From: Methylothermaceae bacteria B42
GTDB lineage: Bacteria; Pseudomonadota; Gammaproteobacteria; Methylococcales; Methylothermaceae
DNA length: 52,978 nt
Reading direction: 5' to 3'
Assembly: GCA_001566965.1 (NCBI GenBank)
Contig: LSNW01000036.1
Location: 1-52,978 of the forward strand
Under the pieces are notes generated by a model that was given only the letters and a program-made list of their open reading frames with translations, was not told where the DNA came from and did not search any database. The first letter of the stretch is position 1. Each line of letters begins with the position of its first letter. A program made the position numbers and the translations under genes. Below, piece after piece: positions 32,636 through 44,354 of this stretch.

Positions 32636-33785
32636 CGCTGACTAAAACGGCTTTGGATGCTTGTCTTTGATAAACACCGCCGCTTTCGACCCGGTTGCGG
32701 CCACGGTGTTTGGCGGCATACAATGCTTGATCGGCCAGTTCGATGAAACGTTGTATATCCGCTGCCGAGACAGGAGAAACTTTCTCCGGATTATACTCAG
32801 CAACACCCACAGAAAGGGTGCAGGTAATGGTATTGTGATTATGATCAGTAATACTGTGATTGGCAATCCGCCGGCGGATACGCTCCGCGACTTCCATCGC
32901 CCGGTCTTCGTTGGCGCCTGAAAGCAGGGCGACAAACTCTTCCCCGCCGTAACGGGCCAAGACGTCATTGTTGCGTAGTTGCGAGCGGATTTGCGAGGCT
33001 ATTTCCGCCAGGACCAAGTCTCCCGTTTGGTGTCCATAAGTGTCGTTGACCTGTTTAAAGTGATCAATATCTAGGAATAAACATGACAAAGGTTCCCCAG
33101 ACCGTTGTGCCCGGTCGATTTCCTCTCCCAACCGTTGCTCAAAAAAACGCCGGTTATTGACGCCGGTCAACGTATCGTAAAGGCTGGTGCGGCGCAGCTG
33201 TTCGAAATTCTTGGTATTTTCCAGGCAGACCGATAGAATCGCGCGCAGCCTGTCAAGAAAGTCAGTGGCCATGGTTGGCGAATATCTTGATGGATCATGA
33301 CTGCCGAGGTTCAGGCAGCCTAGCAATTGCCCTCTTCTAACCAGTGGCAGCAGGGCGACACTCGAAGGAAAGTCGTTGCCAGGGAGTAAAAACCTGAATT
33401 TCGGTTTAAATTCTCCCAAGTGGAGGCGAAACGCCCGGCCAAAAATTTCTTTGAGAGGCTGGGGGGTTTGCAGCAGGATCAAACTGGGAACACTTTCCAG
33501 CTGTAGGCCGTCTTCCTTCATGAATTGAGCTAAATCTCCGTCTTCATCGACGAGAACCAGGGAGACTAAATCCAGATCGAAAGCAGCCTTGGTATCTTCA
33601 ATGACGTGTTCCACCAATTCCCGCAACGCATTGAGAGACAACAGAGTCGTTTCCAAAGCATGGAATTGACTCAGCTTGGCTTCGTTTTGGCGTATCCGTT
33701 CCAGCAGCTTTTCCTGATGGCTTTCCAGGATGCAAAGCTGGGTTTGGAGTTCATCAAGTTCTATAGTCAAATTTCGACTTTCCAA
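32631..33785 (-). CDS. GAF-domain diguanylate cyclase (GGDEF)
   Basis: N-terminal coiled coil, then a GAF-like domain, then a GGDEF domain with RYGGEEF, the GG(D/E)EF active-site motif with a conserved inhibitory-site RxxD upstream; 384 aa. Confidence 0.85.
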   Translation of the reverse strand: MESRNLTIELDELQTQLCILESHQEKLLERIRQNEAKLSQFHALETTLLSLNALRELVEHVIEDTKAAFDLDLVSLVLVDEDGDLAQFMKEDGLQLESVPSLILLQTPQPLKEIFGRAFRLHLGEFKPKFRFLLPGNDFPSSVALLPLVRRGQLLGCLNLGSHDPSRYSPTMATDFLDRLRAILSVCLENTKNFEQLRRTSLYDTLTGVNNRRFFEQRLGEEIDRAQRSGEPLSCLFLDIDHFKQVNDTYGHQTGDLVLAEIASQIRSQLRNNDVLARYGGEEFVALLSGANEDRAMEVAERIRRRIANHSITDHNHNTITCTLSVGVAEYNPEKVSPVSAADIQRFIELADQALYAAKHRGRNRVESGGVYQRQASKAVLVSV

Positions 33786-33806
33786 GGTTAATATTCCAAG
33801 CGTAGT

Positions 33807-35837
<2,031 letters not shown>

Positions 35838-36566
35838 TTACCGTGCTCCGCGCAATAGCCACCGCCAAGCGGATATTTTGGAGGCTGAAAGCGGCTGGCG
35901 CCGGTCATCCCATTCACTGCCGCCCAGTCGTTTGGCCAATGCGTGGCAAGTGTGCATCATGCGGTCAAAAGTGGCTTCTGGATCGTTGACCAAGGCAGGC
36001 TGGAAAAACAGGGTAATGCCGGGGGTGCTGAAATTCTCCATGTCCTCGGCTGGAAAAATTCCAGGTTTTACCAGGCTGGCGACGCTGAATTGAATATTTT
36101 CTCCTTGGTAAAAATGAAAAATATCCATTTCTCCATGTTTCAGCCCCAAATCCTGGAAGGCCTTGAGCAGGGCAATTCCTTGAAAAGTCTCGCCATCTGG
36201 CGCGGCAATACTGACTTGTATGACTTCTGGCAAAGCGGTTTTGCTTTCTTTTTTGGCTGGCGCAGGTTCAGGGGGCGGGGGAGCCGGTTCGGCAGGTTCT
36301 TCGGATGGGGGGGGTTCCTCTCCAGCAAGCTGTTGGTTTTCCAAAACCTCGGAATCGGGAGATGCGGATTCTTCCATGGGATTGAGGGAGATGGTATCGA
36401 CTTCTTCCGGCTCGAAGTCGTCTTCCCAGGTGATATCGGCATCAAGGTCGGCAAATTCCTGGTCCAACGCTTTTTTATGGCGCTTCCAGCGGTCCCAAAG
36501 ATAAATCCCCAGAATCAACAGGACCCCGGCGACAGCCAGGATGATGCGAAGTGTGGTCTTTTCCAT
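35838..36566 (-). CDS. zipA: Cell division protein ZipA
   Basis: N-terminal TM (LRIILAVAGVLLILGIYLW) followed by a charged region, a Pro/Glu-rich linker, and a C-terminal FtsZ-binding domain; conserved zipA-ligA adjacency. Confidence 0.85.
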   Translation of the reverse strand: MEKTTLRIILAVAGVLLILGIYLWDRWKRHKKALDQEFADLDADITWEDDFEPEEVDTISLNPMEESASPDSEVLENQQLAGEEPPPSEEPAEPAPPPPEPAPAKKESKTALPEVIQVSIAAPDGETFQGIALLKAFQDLGLKHGEMDIFHFYQGENIQFSVASLVKPGIFPAEDMENFSTPGITLFFQPALVNDPEATFDRMMHTCHALAKRLGGSEWDDRRQPLSASKISAWRWLLRGAR

Positions 36567-36581
36567 TGCAATCCTCTTCCT

Positions 36582-39500
36582 CTATGCGGCCGCCATTTCC
36601 GCGGCTTTTTCCAGATCCACGGCGACAATGCGGGAAACGCCGGGTTCGCGCATGGTCACGCCAATCAACTGCTCGGCGATTTCCATGGTGGTTTTATTGT
36701 GACTGATAAATATGAATTGTACCCGCTCTGACATGGATTGCAGAAGTTGGCAATAGCGTCCCACATTGGCCTCATCCAGTGGCGCGTCAACTTCGTCCAG
36801 CAGGCAAAAAGGCGCGGGGTTCAATTCAAAGAAGGAGAATACCAGCGCCACGGCGGTCAGCGCCTTTTCGCCGCCGGAGAGAAGATGAATGGAGCTGTTG
36901 CGCTTGCCGGGCGGGCGGGCGACAATTTTGACCCCGGCATCGAGCAGGTCTTCTCCCACCAGTTCCAGTTTGCCTTCGCCGCCGCCAAACAGGGTGGGGA
37001 AGCGTTGCTTGAAATGACCGTCGATGGTGTCAAAGGTTTCCTTGAAACGGGCCCGGCTTTCCCGGTCGATTTTGCGGATGGCTTTTTCCAGCATTTTCAG
37101 GGAAGCGTTTAAATCCTCGAATTGCTTGTCGAGAAAGCGCAGGCGTTCGCTGTGGAGGCGATGTTCCTCGATGGCGGTCAGGTTGACATCCCCCAGCCGG
37201 GCTTGCTCGGCCTTGGTTTGTTCCAGTTTGGCTTGCCATTGACTGGCGCTGGCGTCTTCGGGTAATTGACTCAACACCCCATCCAGCGGCGTTTGGGATT
37301 CCTGGGCTTGTTCTTGTACCGTAGTGAGTTTGACCCGTGCCGCTTCGGCATCGAGCCGGGCCTGTTCCAGGCGCTGGCGGGCTTGGTCCAGATCCGATTG
37401 GGCTTTATGATGGCGGGCGGTGAAATCCTGAAGCTGGTTTTCCGCCTGTTGCAACGCTTCCCTGGATTGCGTTAGCGCTTGTTCCAGCGGCGGGCGTTGT
37501 GCGAGGAGAGATTGGAGCTCTTGCTGCGCCTCCGCCAGAGGTTTTTTGCCCTCGCTTTGTTGGGACTGCGCGCCTTGTAAGCGTTCCCGCAGCGCTTGCT
37601 GATGCTGCGATGCCCGTTCCAACTGTTGGTGTAATAATTTGGCGGCGTTGTTGCAATGCTCCAGGGAAGATTCCAGTTTTTGCCGTTGTTCCCGCATGCG
37701 GCGGGCATGGGCGTCGGCTTGTTCAAAATCGGAGCGGGCCTGATGGGATTGGTTTTGCAGTGTATTCAAGTGCTGGCTGTATTGCTGTTCTTCTTGTTCC
37801 AGGTAGTGTAACTGCGCTTGTTGCCGGGAGAGATTTTCCTCAAATTCCGCCAGCTGACCTTCAAGCGTGGCTTGTTCCTCGGCCATTCTTGTCAGACGCC
37901 GCTGAATTTCCCCGACCCTGGCGCGGGTGGCGCTCAATTCGGCCTGAATCTTGCCGGCCTGCTGGGTGTGTTCTTTTTCCTGCTGGCGCAAGGATTCCTG
38001 CCGTTTTTCCAGTGCTTCCAGTTTCGTTTGGTACTGGTGGAGCATAGTCTGGGTTTGGGTTTGGCGGTTTTCTATTTCAACTAATTGGGCCTTGAGTTCC
38101 CGCAAGGCCTTTTCCCGTTCGAGAACACCGTGAGTGTTATCCTCGCCACGTTGAAATCGCAGCCAGTCGCGGCCAATCCGGTCACCCTCCGGCGTAACCC
38201 AGAAGTCTCCGGGGTTTAATTGATGACGCTGACGCAATCCCTTTTCCAGGGAATCACAACAGCGGGCGCCTTTCAGCAGGGAATCGAGATTCCACGGGCT
38301 TTGGATTTTGGCCGCCAGGGTCTCGGAATCTGGGGAAGACGCCATGGATTGGCCATGAAAAAACGCGGCATTTTCCTGATCCAGTTGACTGGCCAGTTGG
38401 TGGCAAAGATCCAGGTCTTCAATGCAAACCGCTTCCAGGAATTCCGCCAACACGGTTTCCACGGCATTGCTCCAGCCTTCGGCGGTTTCCAGCCGTTCCG
38501 CCAGGCGGGGAGCGTTGTCCCAGCCATGTTGCGCCAACAACGCATGCAGCTTGGGTTTGTCCTTGCCCAGTGCGTGGCGCTGCAGGGTTTCCATGGCGCG
38601 GATTTCTCCCTGAACCTGGCTGTGCTGACTGTGCAGGGATTGCAGTTGTTTCTGGGTTTCCGTGAGCGATTGGCGCAGGGCTTGAATTTGCTCCTTGACG
38701 GACTGGAGCGATTCGGCGTGTTGGGCGCGGGCGGTTTCGGTTTCTGCCAGTGCCTGTTCCAATCGGGATAAATTGGCTTGTTCGGCATTTTGATCCAGCT
38801 GGCTATGTTCTTCCCGCAGGCGGCTGAGGCGGTTTTGGGCTTCTTCCCGGCGCTGCTTGAGGTGGCGGATTTCCAGGCGCAACAATTCCAGTTGTTCTTT
38901 TTTTTGGTTCAATTCATCCCGCTTTTGGGCAAATTCCCGGCGCAGTTGATGCCACCGGGTTTCGGTGTCTTCACGCTGCTTCCAGGCTGCTTGTTCGTCA
39001 GCCCGGGCTTGTTCCAGAGCTTTTTCCAACTGTTGGCCTTGGGCTTGGTACGTTTCCTGTTGCCTGCGGTCCTGCTGGCTGGCGGCTTCAATGCGTTGCA
39101 ATTCATCCCGCCAGGCTTTGAGGCTTTTCTCCCGTTCTTCCAGGGTTTTTTGGGCGTGTTGGATGGTCTGATCGCAACGGCTGATGGCGCTGTTTAATTC
39201 ATAAAGCCGGGCCTGTAAGTCGTGGAGCTGGGTTTGGGTTTCCTCCACGCTTTGTTGCTGGCGGGATAAAGCCTGCCCCAGTTCGTGCAGGGCAGTGGTT
39301 TTGCTGTCTACTTCTTGTTGAAGCGTCTGGATCTTTTCTTGATGGGTTTGATGGGCGGCATTGGCTTCGCGCCATTTGATGGCCAGTAACTCTTGTTGTT
39401 GTTGCTGAATGGTCTGCTGCAACTCCCGGTACTTTGCCGCCTTTTTGGCTTGGCGTTCCAAGCGTTTGACCTGGGTTTGCAGCTCACTGCGAATATCTTC

Positions 39501-40082
39501 CAACCGTTCCAGATTGGTCCGGGTGTGCTGGATTTTCAGTTCGGTCTCGTGGCGGCGTTCCTTATATTTGGACAGGCCCGCAGCTTCCTCAATGAACAGC
39601 CGCAATTCTTCCGGCTTGGCCTCCACAAAACGGGACACCATGCCCTGTTCGATAATGGCGTAGCTTCTTGGCCCCAAGCCGGTTCCCAGAAACACGTCCA
39701 TAATATCGCGGCGGCGGCAGCGGGTACCATTGAGAAAATATTGGGATTGCCCGTCCCGACTGACCTGGCGTTTGAGCGCGATTTGGGCGTAGCGGGCGTA
39801 TTCTCCGCCCAGCCGGCCTTCGCTGTTGTCAAATATTAGTTCCACACTGGCCAAGCCCACCGGTTTGCGGCTGCTGGAACCATTGAAAATCACATCCGCC
39901 ATGGCGCTGCCACGCAGATGTTTGGCGGAACTTTCCCCCATCACCCAACGTACCGCGTCGATAATGTTGGACTTGCCGCAACCATTGGGGCCGACAATGC
40001 CAATCAACCGTTTGGGGAAAACGATGGTGGTGGGTTCGACAAAGGATTTGAAGCCGGCGAGTTTGATTTTTTCCAGACGCAT
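36582..40082 (-). CDS. smc: Chromosome segregation protein SMC
   Basis: 1166 aa with N-terminal Walker A GPNGCGKSN, long coiled coils, a hinge, and C-terminal LSGGEKALTAVAL ... LLDEVDAPLD (signature and Walker B). Confidence 0.95.
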   Translation of the reverse strand: MRLEKIKLAGFKSFVEPTTIVFPKRLIGIVGPNGCGKSNIIDAVRWVMGESSAKHLRGSAMADVIFNGSSSRKPVGLASVELIFDNSEGRLGGEYARYAQIALKRQVSRDGQSQYFLNGTRCRRRDIMDVFLGTGLGPRSYAIIEQGMVSRFVEAKPEELRLFIEEAAGLSKYKERRHETELKIQHTRTNLERLEDIRSELQTQVKRLERQAKKAAKYRELQQTIQQQQQELLAIKWREANAAHQTHQEKIQTLQQEVDSKTTALHELGQALSRQQQSVEETQTQLHDLQARLYELNSAISRCDQTIQHAQKTLEEREKSLKAWRDELQRIEAASQQDRRQQETYQAQGQQLEKALEQARADEQAAWKQREDTETRWHQLRREFAQKRDELNQKKEQLELLRLEIRHLKQRREEAQNRLSRLREEHSQLDQNAEQANLSRLEQALAETETARAQHAESLQSVKEQIQALRQSLTETQKQLQSLHSQHSQVQGEIRAMETLQRHALGKDKPKLHALLAQHGWDNAPRLAERLETAEGWSNAVETVLAEFLEAVCIEDLDLCHQLASQLDQENAAFFHGQSMASSPDSETLAAKIQSPWNLDSLLKGARCCDSLEKGLRQRHQLNPGDFWVTPEGDRIGRDWLRFQRGEDNTHGVLEREKALRELKAQLVEIENRQTQTQTMLHQYQTKLEALEKRQESLRQQEKEHTQQAGKIQAELSATRARVGEIQRRLTRMAEEQATLEGQLAEFEENLSRQQAQLHYLEQEEQQYSQHLNTLQNQSHQARSDFEQADAHARRMREQRQKLESSLEHCNNAAKLLHQQLERASQHQQALRERLQGAQSQQSEGKKPLAEAQQELQSLLAQRPPLEQALTQSREALQQAENQLQDFTARHHKAQSDLDQARQRLEQARLDAEAARVKLTTVQEQAQESQTPLDGVLSQLPEDASASQWQAKLEQTKAEQARLGDVNLTAIEEHRLHSERLRFLDKQFEDLNASLKMLEKAIRKIDRESRARFKETFDTIDGHFKQRFPTLFGGGEGKLELVGEDLLDAGVKIVARPPGKRNSSIHLLSGGEKALTAVALVFSFFELNPAPFCLLDEVDAPLDEANVGRYCQLLQSMSERVQFIFISHNKTTMEIAEQLIGVTMREPGVSRIVAVDLEKAAEMAAA

Positions 40083-40100
40083 GAATAATCAGAGAGTTTT

Positions 40101-40242
40101 GCTAGCCCGGATATTTCACCAGCCGGATTCGGGCTGAATCCAAATTGGATTTCGTAGAAATCATCAAACCTGAGCACTTTATGTTTAAGAATCAGTTGAT
40201 TACAAAAAAGCCCGAATCCGGCTGGTGAAATATCCGGGCTAG
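40101..40242. repeat. REPIN-like element: two 34-bp perfect inverted repeats flanking a 74-bp AT-rich spacer
   Basis: GCTAGCCCGGATATTTCACCAGCCGGATTCGGGCT at 40101-40134 and its exact reverse complement at 40209-40242. Same core as the REP at 32581. Confidence 0.75.
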
Positions 40243-40354
40243 AGCCGGGCGCTGACGAAAGTTGTGAAAACCCGTATTATACGCAAGGAGCCAGGAAAAA
40301 ACCTGTTTCCTGTTCGAACACCCAACCGTTAATCTCACACCCGTATTTAGAACT

Positions 40355-40711
40355 ATGTCGACAAAACCCAGCAGAGAACTTGAAACCTTCCCCAACCCTA
40401 ACCCGGATCGTGATTACACTATCCGTATCGAGACCCCGGAATTTACCTGCTTGTGTCCTAAAACCGGGCAGCCGGATTTCGCCCACATCACCGTGGAATA
40501 TATTCCCGATAAATTATGCGTGGAACTCAAATCCTACAAGCTTTATATCTGGTCCTACCGCGATCTGGGCGCCTTTCACGAGGCGGTCACCAACCAGATT
40601 CTGGATGATTTGGTAGGGGCGTGCCAACCCCGCTGGATGAAGGTGGAAGCCAAATTCAACGTCCGCGGCGGGATTTACACCACCGTGATGGCGGAATACG
40701 AAAGAAACTGA
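40355..40711 (+). CDS. queF: NADPH-dependent 7-cyano-7-deazaguanine reductase QueF (unimodular type)
   Basis: 118 aa with [17 protein letters not shown] (the QueF catalytic Cys motif, E(F/S)K..S.CP.TGQPD) and the QueF E...E-type C-terminus. Confidence 0.9.
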   Translation: MSTKPSRELETFPNPNPDRDYTIRIETPEFTCLCPKTGQPDFAHITVEYIPDKLCVELKSYKLYIWSYRDLGAFHEAVTNQILDDLVGACQPRWMKVEAKFNVRGGIYTTVMAEYERN

Positions 40712-40854
40712 AGCACGGCGGTTGCTATTTCCAGAACGCAAGGGAATAGTGTTGCTGAATAGTGGCATTCTTGGTCATCAGGATGGCTCATATTACATGC
40801 TGTTCCGTTGGAGCAGATATCGGTTAACGCTTGGACCCGATCATAGGAAATAAA

Positions 40855-42657
40855 ACGATGGAGATGAATACAGCGCCAGAAATCTCCCAACTGGTCTGGC
40901 AGACCAAGTACCGGGCCGAGGGCGAGACAAGTATTCGCGATACCTGGCAGCGGGTGGCCAACGCGGTGGCGTCGGTGGAAGCGGATGCCGATGAGTGGAG
41001 CGGCCGGTTTTACGCCATTTTGAAGGATTTTAAATTCCTTCCCGGCGGGCGAATCCTTGCCGGTGCCGGCACCCGCAAACAAGTCACCTTGTTCAACTGC
41101 TTTGCAATGGGGTTGATAGAAGATTCCCTGGACGGAATCTTCGAATCCCTAAAGGAAGGGGCCTTGACCATGCAGCACGGTGGCGGCGTCGGTTATGATT
41201 TTTCCACCCTCCGCCCCAAGGGTACCCCGGCCCGCAGCGTGGGCGGCATCGCTTCGGGCCCGGTGTCCTTTATGCATATTTGGGATGTGACCTGTGCCAT
41301 TCTCCTGTCCACCGGCAGCCGCCGGGGTGCCATGATGGCGACTTTGCGCTGCGATCATCCCGATGTCGAAGACTTTATCGAAGCCAAGCGCGATCCCAAT
41401 GTCTTGCGTAATTTCAACCTCTCGGTCAAGGTCACGGATGATTTCTTGAAGGCCGTGGAAAAGGACGAGGAATGGCTGCTGGTGTTTCCTCAAGCCGCGT
41501 TGGCTGATGGGGTGGGAGAGGGGGCCGTGCTTCGCGAGTGGCCCGGCTACCCGGGACCGGTACCATGTAAGATACTGAAGCGTCTCCCGGCCCGGGATTT
41601 ATGGCACAGGTTGATGCAAGCGACTTATGATGTGGCGGAACCTGGGGTGCTGTTCATTGACCGCATCAACCACCTCAACAATCTGTACTATTGCGAAAAG
41701 ATCCATATCACCAACCCCTGCTCGGAAATTCCATTGCCGCCTTACGGGGCTTGCGATTTGGGGTCAATTAATCTGGTCCGCTTTGTCCGTGATCCTTTCA
41801 CCCCAGAAGCCCGCCTAGATTTCCAGGCCATTGAAGCATTGGTGCCCGTGGCGGTGCGTTTTCTCGATAATGTGATTGACTTATCCCGGTTTCCCCTCAC
41901 CCGGCAAAAGGCGCAGGCCCATAAGACCCGGCGGATCGGACTGGGACTGACAGGATTGGCGGATGTGCTGATTATGCTGGGACTTCACTATGACAGTGAC
42001 GCCGCCAGGGAATTGGCCGAAAAAATCATGGCCACCATCTGCCATGCCGCTTACCGGGCATCGGTGGCTTTGGCGAAGGAAAAGGGTGCTTTTCCCGCTT
42101 TTGAAGCGGAGCCCTATTTGGATGGCGCTTTCGTTACCGGGTTGCCAAATGACATTCGCGATGCCATCGCCAAGCATGGACTCCGTAATAGCCACTTGAC
42201 CGCCATCGCGCCCACCGGTTCTATCAGCCTGCTGGCGGGCAACGTCTCCAGCGGTTTGGAACCGGTTTTTTCCTTCCGGTATCAACGCCGCATCCAACTG
42301 GCTGGCACTGAGTGCCGGATGGTGGATGTGGAAGACGCCGCTTACCGCTTATGGCGGAAAATATATTCAGACAAGCCCTTGCCTTCCACCTTTGTCACCG
42401 CCACCGAACTTTCCCCAAACGCCCATTTGGTCATGCAGGCAGTTCTGCAAAAGCATGTGGACAATGCCATTTCCAAAACCATTCATATTCCAGAAGACTA
42501 CCCCTTTGAGGATTTCCAGAATGTGTATCTGCGCGCCTACCAACTGGGGCTCAAAGGCTGCACCACCTACCGCCCCAGCCCTGTTCGCGGCACCGTCATC
42601 CTGCCGCAAACCGTGCCGGACCGGCATTGCTGTGATATTGATCGGGAGGGGGATTAG
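40855..42657 (+). CDS. nrdJ: Adenosylcobalamin-dependent (class II) ribonucleoside-diphosphate reductase NrdJ
   Basis: Class-II RNR motifs including NPCSEIPLPPYGACDLGSINL and a C-terminal Cys pair. The start was refined to ATG 40855 (MEMNTAPEIS). The last 18 codons lie inside a 54-bp sequence that recurs at 49451. Confidence 0.85.
   Translation, partial: TMEMNTAPEISQLVWQTKYRAEGETSIRDTWQRVANAVASVEADADEWSGRFYAILKDFKFLPGGRILAGAGTRKQVTLFNCFAMGLIEDSLDGIFESLKEGALTMQHGGGVGYDFSTLRPKGTPARSVGGIASGPVSFMHIWDVTCAILLSTGSRRGAMMATLRCDHPDVEDFIEAKRDPNVLRNFNLSVKVTDDFLKAVEKDEEWLLVFPQAALADGVGEGAVLREWPGYPGPVPCKILKRLPARDLWHRLMQATYDVAEPGVLFIDRINHLNNLYYCEKIHITNPCSEIPLPPYGACDLGSINLVRFVRDPFTPEARLDFQAIEALVPVAVRFLDNVIDLSRFPLTRQKAQAHKTRRIGLGLTGLADVLIMLGLHYDSDAARELAEKIMATICHAAYRASVALAKEKGAFPAFEAEPYLDGAFVTGLPNDIRDAIAKHGLRNSHLTAIAPTGSISLLAGNVSSGLEPVFSFRYQRRIQLAGTECRMVDVEDAAYRLWRKIYSDKPLPSTFVTATELSPNAHLVMQAVLQKHVDNAISKTIHIPEDYPFEDFQNVYLRAYQLGLKGCTTYRPSPVRGTVILPQTVPDRHCCDIDREGD
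42603..42656 (+). repeat. 54-bp direct repeat, copy 1 (encodes the NrdJ C-terminus)
   Basis: GCCGCAAACC-GTGC-CGGACCGGCATTGCTGTGATATTGATCGGGAGGGGGATTA. The 40-bp core is identical to 49465-49504. Confidence 0.85.
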
Positions 42658-42844
42658 TTCAAGAGGTCATATCACATTAAAATTCAGGTAAAACTTGCCT
42701 TTGAGAGAAAGTGGTTTCTGCTAAACGAATTTGCCGCTCAGTTTGAGAACGAATAATGGGATTACCGTTGCATTTGCAAACTCAATGACTGTCACGCGCC
42801 GAAATCACTTGTGCGCCGATAAAGCGGAGTTTGCTTCAGTCAAG

Positions 42845-42867
42845 GTTGGGGCAATATCGCCCCAACC
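42845..42867. terminator. Strong 9-bp GC hairpin immediately after the SPFH gene stop, convergent with nrdJ
   Basis: GGTTGGGGC-aatatc-GCCCCAACC, with a weak U-tract on the plus strand only. Confidence 0.45.
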
Positions 42868-44040
42868 TCATCCATTCGCGGTTTTCCCCAAAGCTGCGGG
42901 AATGCGCACCATATCATTAAGAATGCCGTCCAATCCGCCATAGACGTTCAAGGTGCTGATTTGGCTGGTGATTTTCTCCAGCACTTCCAGTTCCTTCAAG
43001 CGCAATAGCGTTGGGTTGCCTTCCATGACTTTGGCGGTATTGTGCAGTGACCGGGTCGCCTGGGTTTCTTCCCGGCGCTTGATCAGATTGGCTTCAGCCC
43101 GTTTTTGCGCTTCCACCACCTGGGCCAGGATAGTTTTCATTTCCCCGGGCAGGACAATATCCCGGGCTCCCACGCTGACGACGGTGATGCCGTATTCAGC
43201 GGCTTTTTTGGCAGCGATTTTCTTGACCTCCTGGTTCAACTGGTTTTTGTCCTCCAGCAGTTCATCCAGGGTTTGGGTGGAAACCACCGCCCGCAATGCC
43301 AGTTGCAATTCCCGATAGAGGAAGTCGTCCGGACTGGCGAGGGATTCACATACCTTGAGCGCATCGGCAACTTGCCAGGTTGCCGATAGATTGATGCGCA
43401 GGCTGACCCGGTCCTTGGTGAGGATTTCTTGGCCATTGACTTCCATGTTTTGCAACCGGCAGTCAATCTGACGGATTTTCAGATTGCGGTTGAATTTCCA
43501 CCAGGCGTGAATACCCGGCTCTAATGCAATAGGTTGTTCACCGTCGATTTCCAGAAACCCCACATGTTGTTGAGGGATGGTTGCGGTGATGACGGCATCC
43601 ACGGCGGAAGCTCTCAATTGCGGGGCTTTGGATGCCAGCACGATTCTGGCCAGGGTTTTGTCCAGTTTGAACTCCCGTAAAATGTTCAGCTTACGCACTT
43701 CGATATCGCCAAATCCACGCCAATACGCGCCTTCCCGGGCGGGTGGCTTGATTTCCCGCAGGGCGCCGTTGTTATAGACCAGCCCCACTTCCTGCTCGCC
43801 GGTTTGCCAGGATTGCAAATGTCGCCCCAAAATTTCGGGGTGCAATTTCAAAACCTTTAGAACTTCATCGCTGACACCGTTTTCCAGGGTGGTGCTAATG
43901 TCTTCCAGCAAAACCCGGTATTTCCTGTTCCAATTTAATAGTCTGTAAACGCCGGGCATTAAAACCTTTTGAAATTGTTCGTTCCTGAACAACAGACCCC
44001 GATGGGTTTCGGGAACGATGATTTTTTTAAAAAACAACAT
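42868..44040 (-). CDS. SPFH/band-7 (stomatin/flotillin-like) domain protein, apparently soluble, co-directional with and downstream of rtcB
   Basis: ~390 aa from ATG 44040 (MLFFKKIIVPETHRGLLFRNEQF...LMPGVY...), a typical SPFH N-terminal strand pattern. Band-7 core ...ILTKDRVSLRINLSATWQV... and a long C-terminal coiled coil (EAQKRAEANLIKRREETQATR). No TM segment is seen. RBS AAGGAG. Confidence 0.75.
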   Translation of the reverse strand: MLFFKKIIVPETHRGLLFRNEQFQKVLMPGVYRLLNWNRKYRVLLEDISTTLENGVSDEVLKVLKLHPEILGRHLQSWQTGEQEVGLVYNNGALREIKPPAREGAYWRGFGDIEVRKLNILREFKLDKTLARIVLASKAPQLRASAVDAVITATIPQQHVGFLEIDGEQPIALEPGIHAWWKFNRNLKIRQIDCRLQNMEVNGQEILTKDRVSLRINLSATWQVADALKVCESLASPDDFLYRELQLALRAVVSTQTLDELLEDKNQLNQEVKKIAAKKAAEYGITVVSVGARDIVLPGEMKTILAQVVEAQKRAEANLIKRREETQATRSLHNTAKVMEGNPTLLRLKELEVLEKITSQISTLNVYGGLDGILNDMVRIPAALGKTANG

Positions 44041-44354
44041 AGTCTTCTCCTTGCTTGAAACAAAATTCAAATGGCAAAAGCCCCACGCTCAGCCCGGCCC
44101 AATGGTTTGTGAAACCCAGGAGGATCAAGGGTGGGAGGGATATTGTCCCTCCGGGCCATGAACCCGCTGGAATCAAACCCGCCACCGGGGCGGTCTGGAC
44201 GCTGATTCTTGCCATGGTTTGGCAGTCTCCGGCTTCCGCGGTGTGGGGCTTCCGTTTGGCTGCCCCGCGCCGGGAAACTTGAAGGCTTCCATTCCACGGC
44301 GCGAATCCGGGGTTTTTACCGTATGCCCTTGCGGGAGGAAAGAACGCCTTTCGG

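Noticed and set aside
36738-39839. Multiple 60-180-aa ORFs on both strands inside smc
   Set aside because: All lie within, or antisense to, the uninterrupted 1166-aa smc reading frame. Their Ala/Arg/Gly-rich translations are typical of high-GC frame shadows.
39826-40395. ORFs 39826-40137 (+) and 40192-40395 (-), both containing ARIFHQPDSG
   Set aside because: They read through the two inverted 34-bp REP copies. The shared peptide is an artefact of the repeat, not a gene family.
40712-40854. Cobalamin riboswitch upstream of nrdJ
   Set aside because: The leader is only ~140 nt, with no recognisable B12-box (no rAGYCMGgAGaCCkGCcd-like element). Class II RNRs are not typically riboswitch-controlled.
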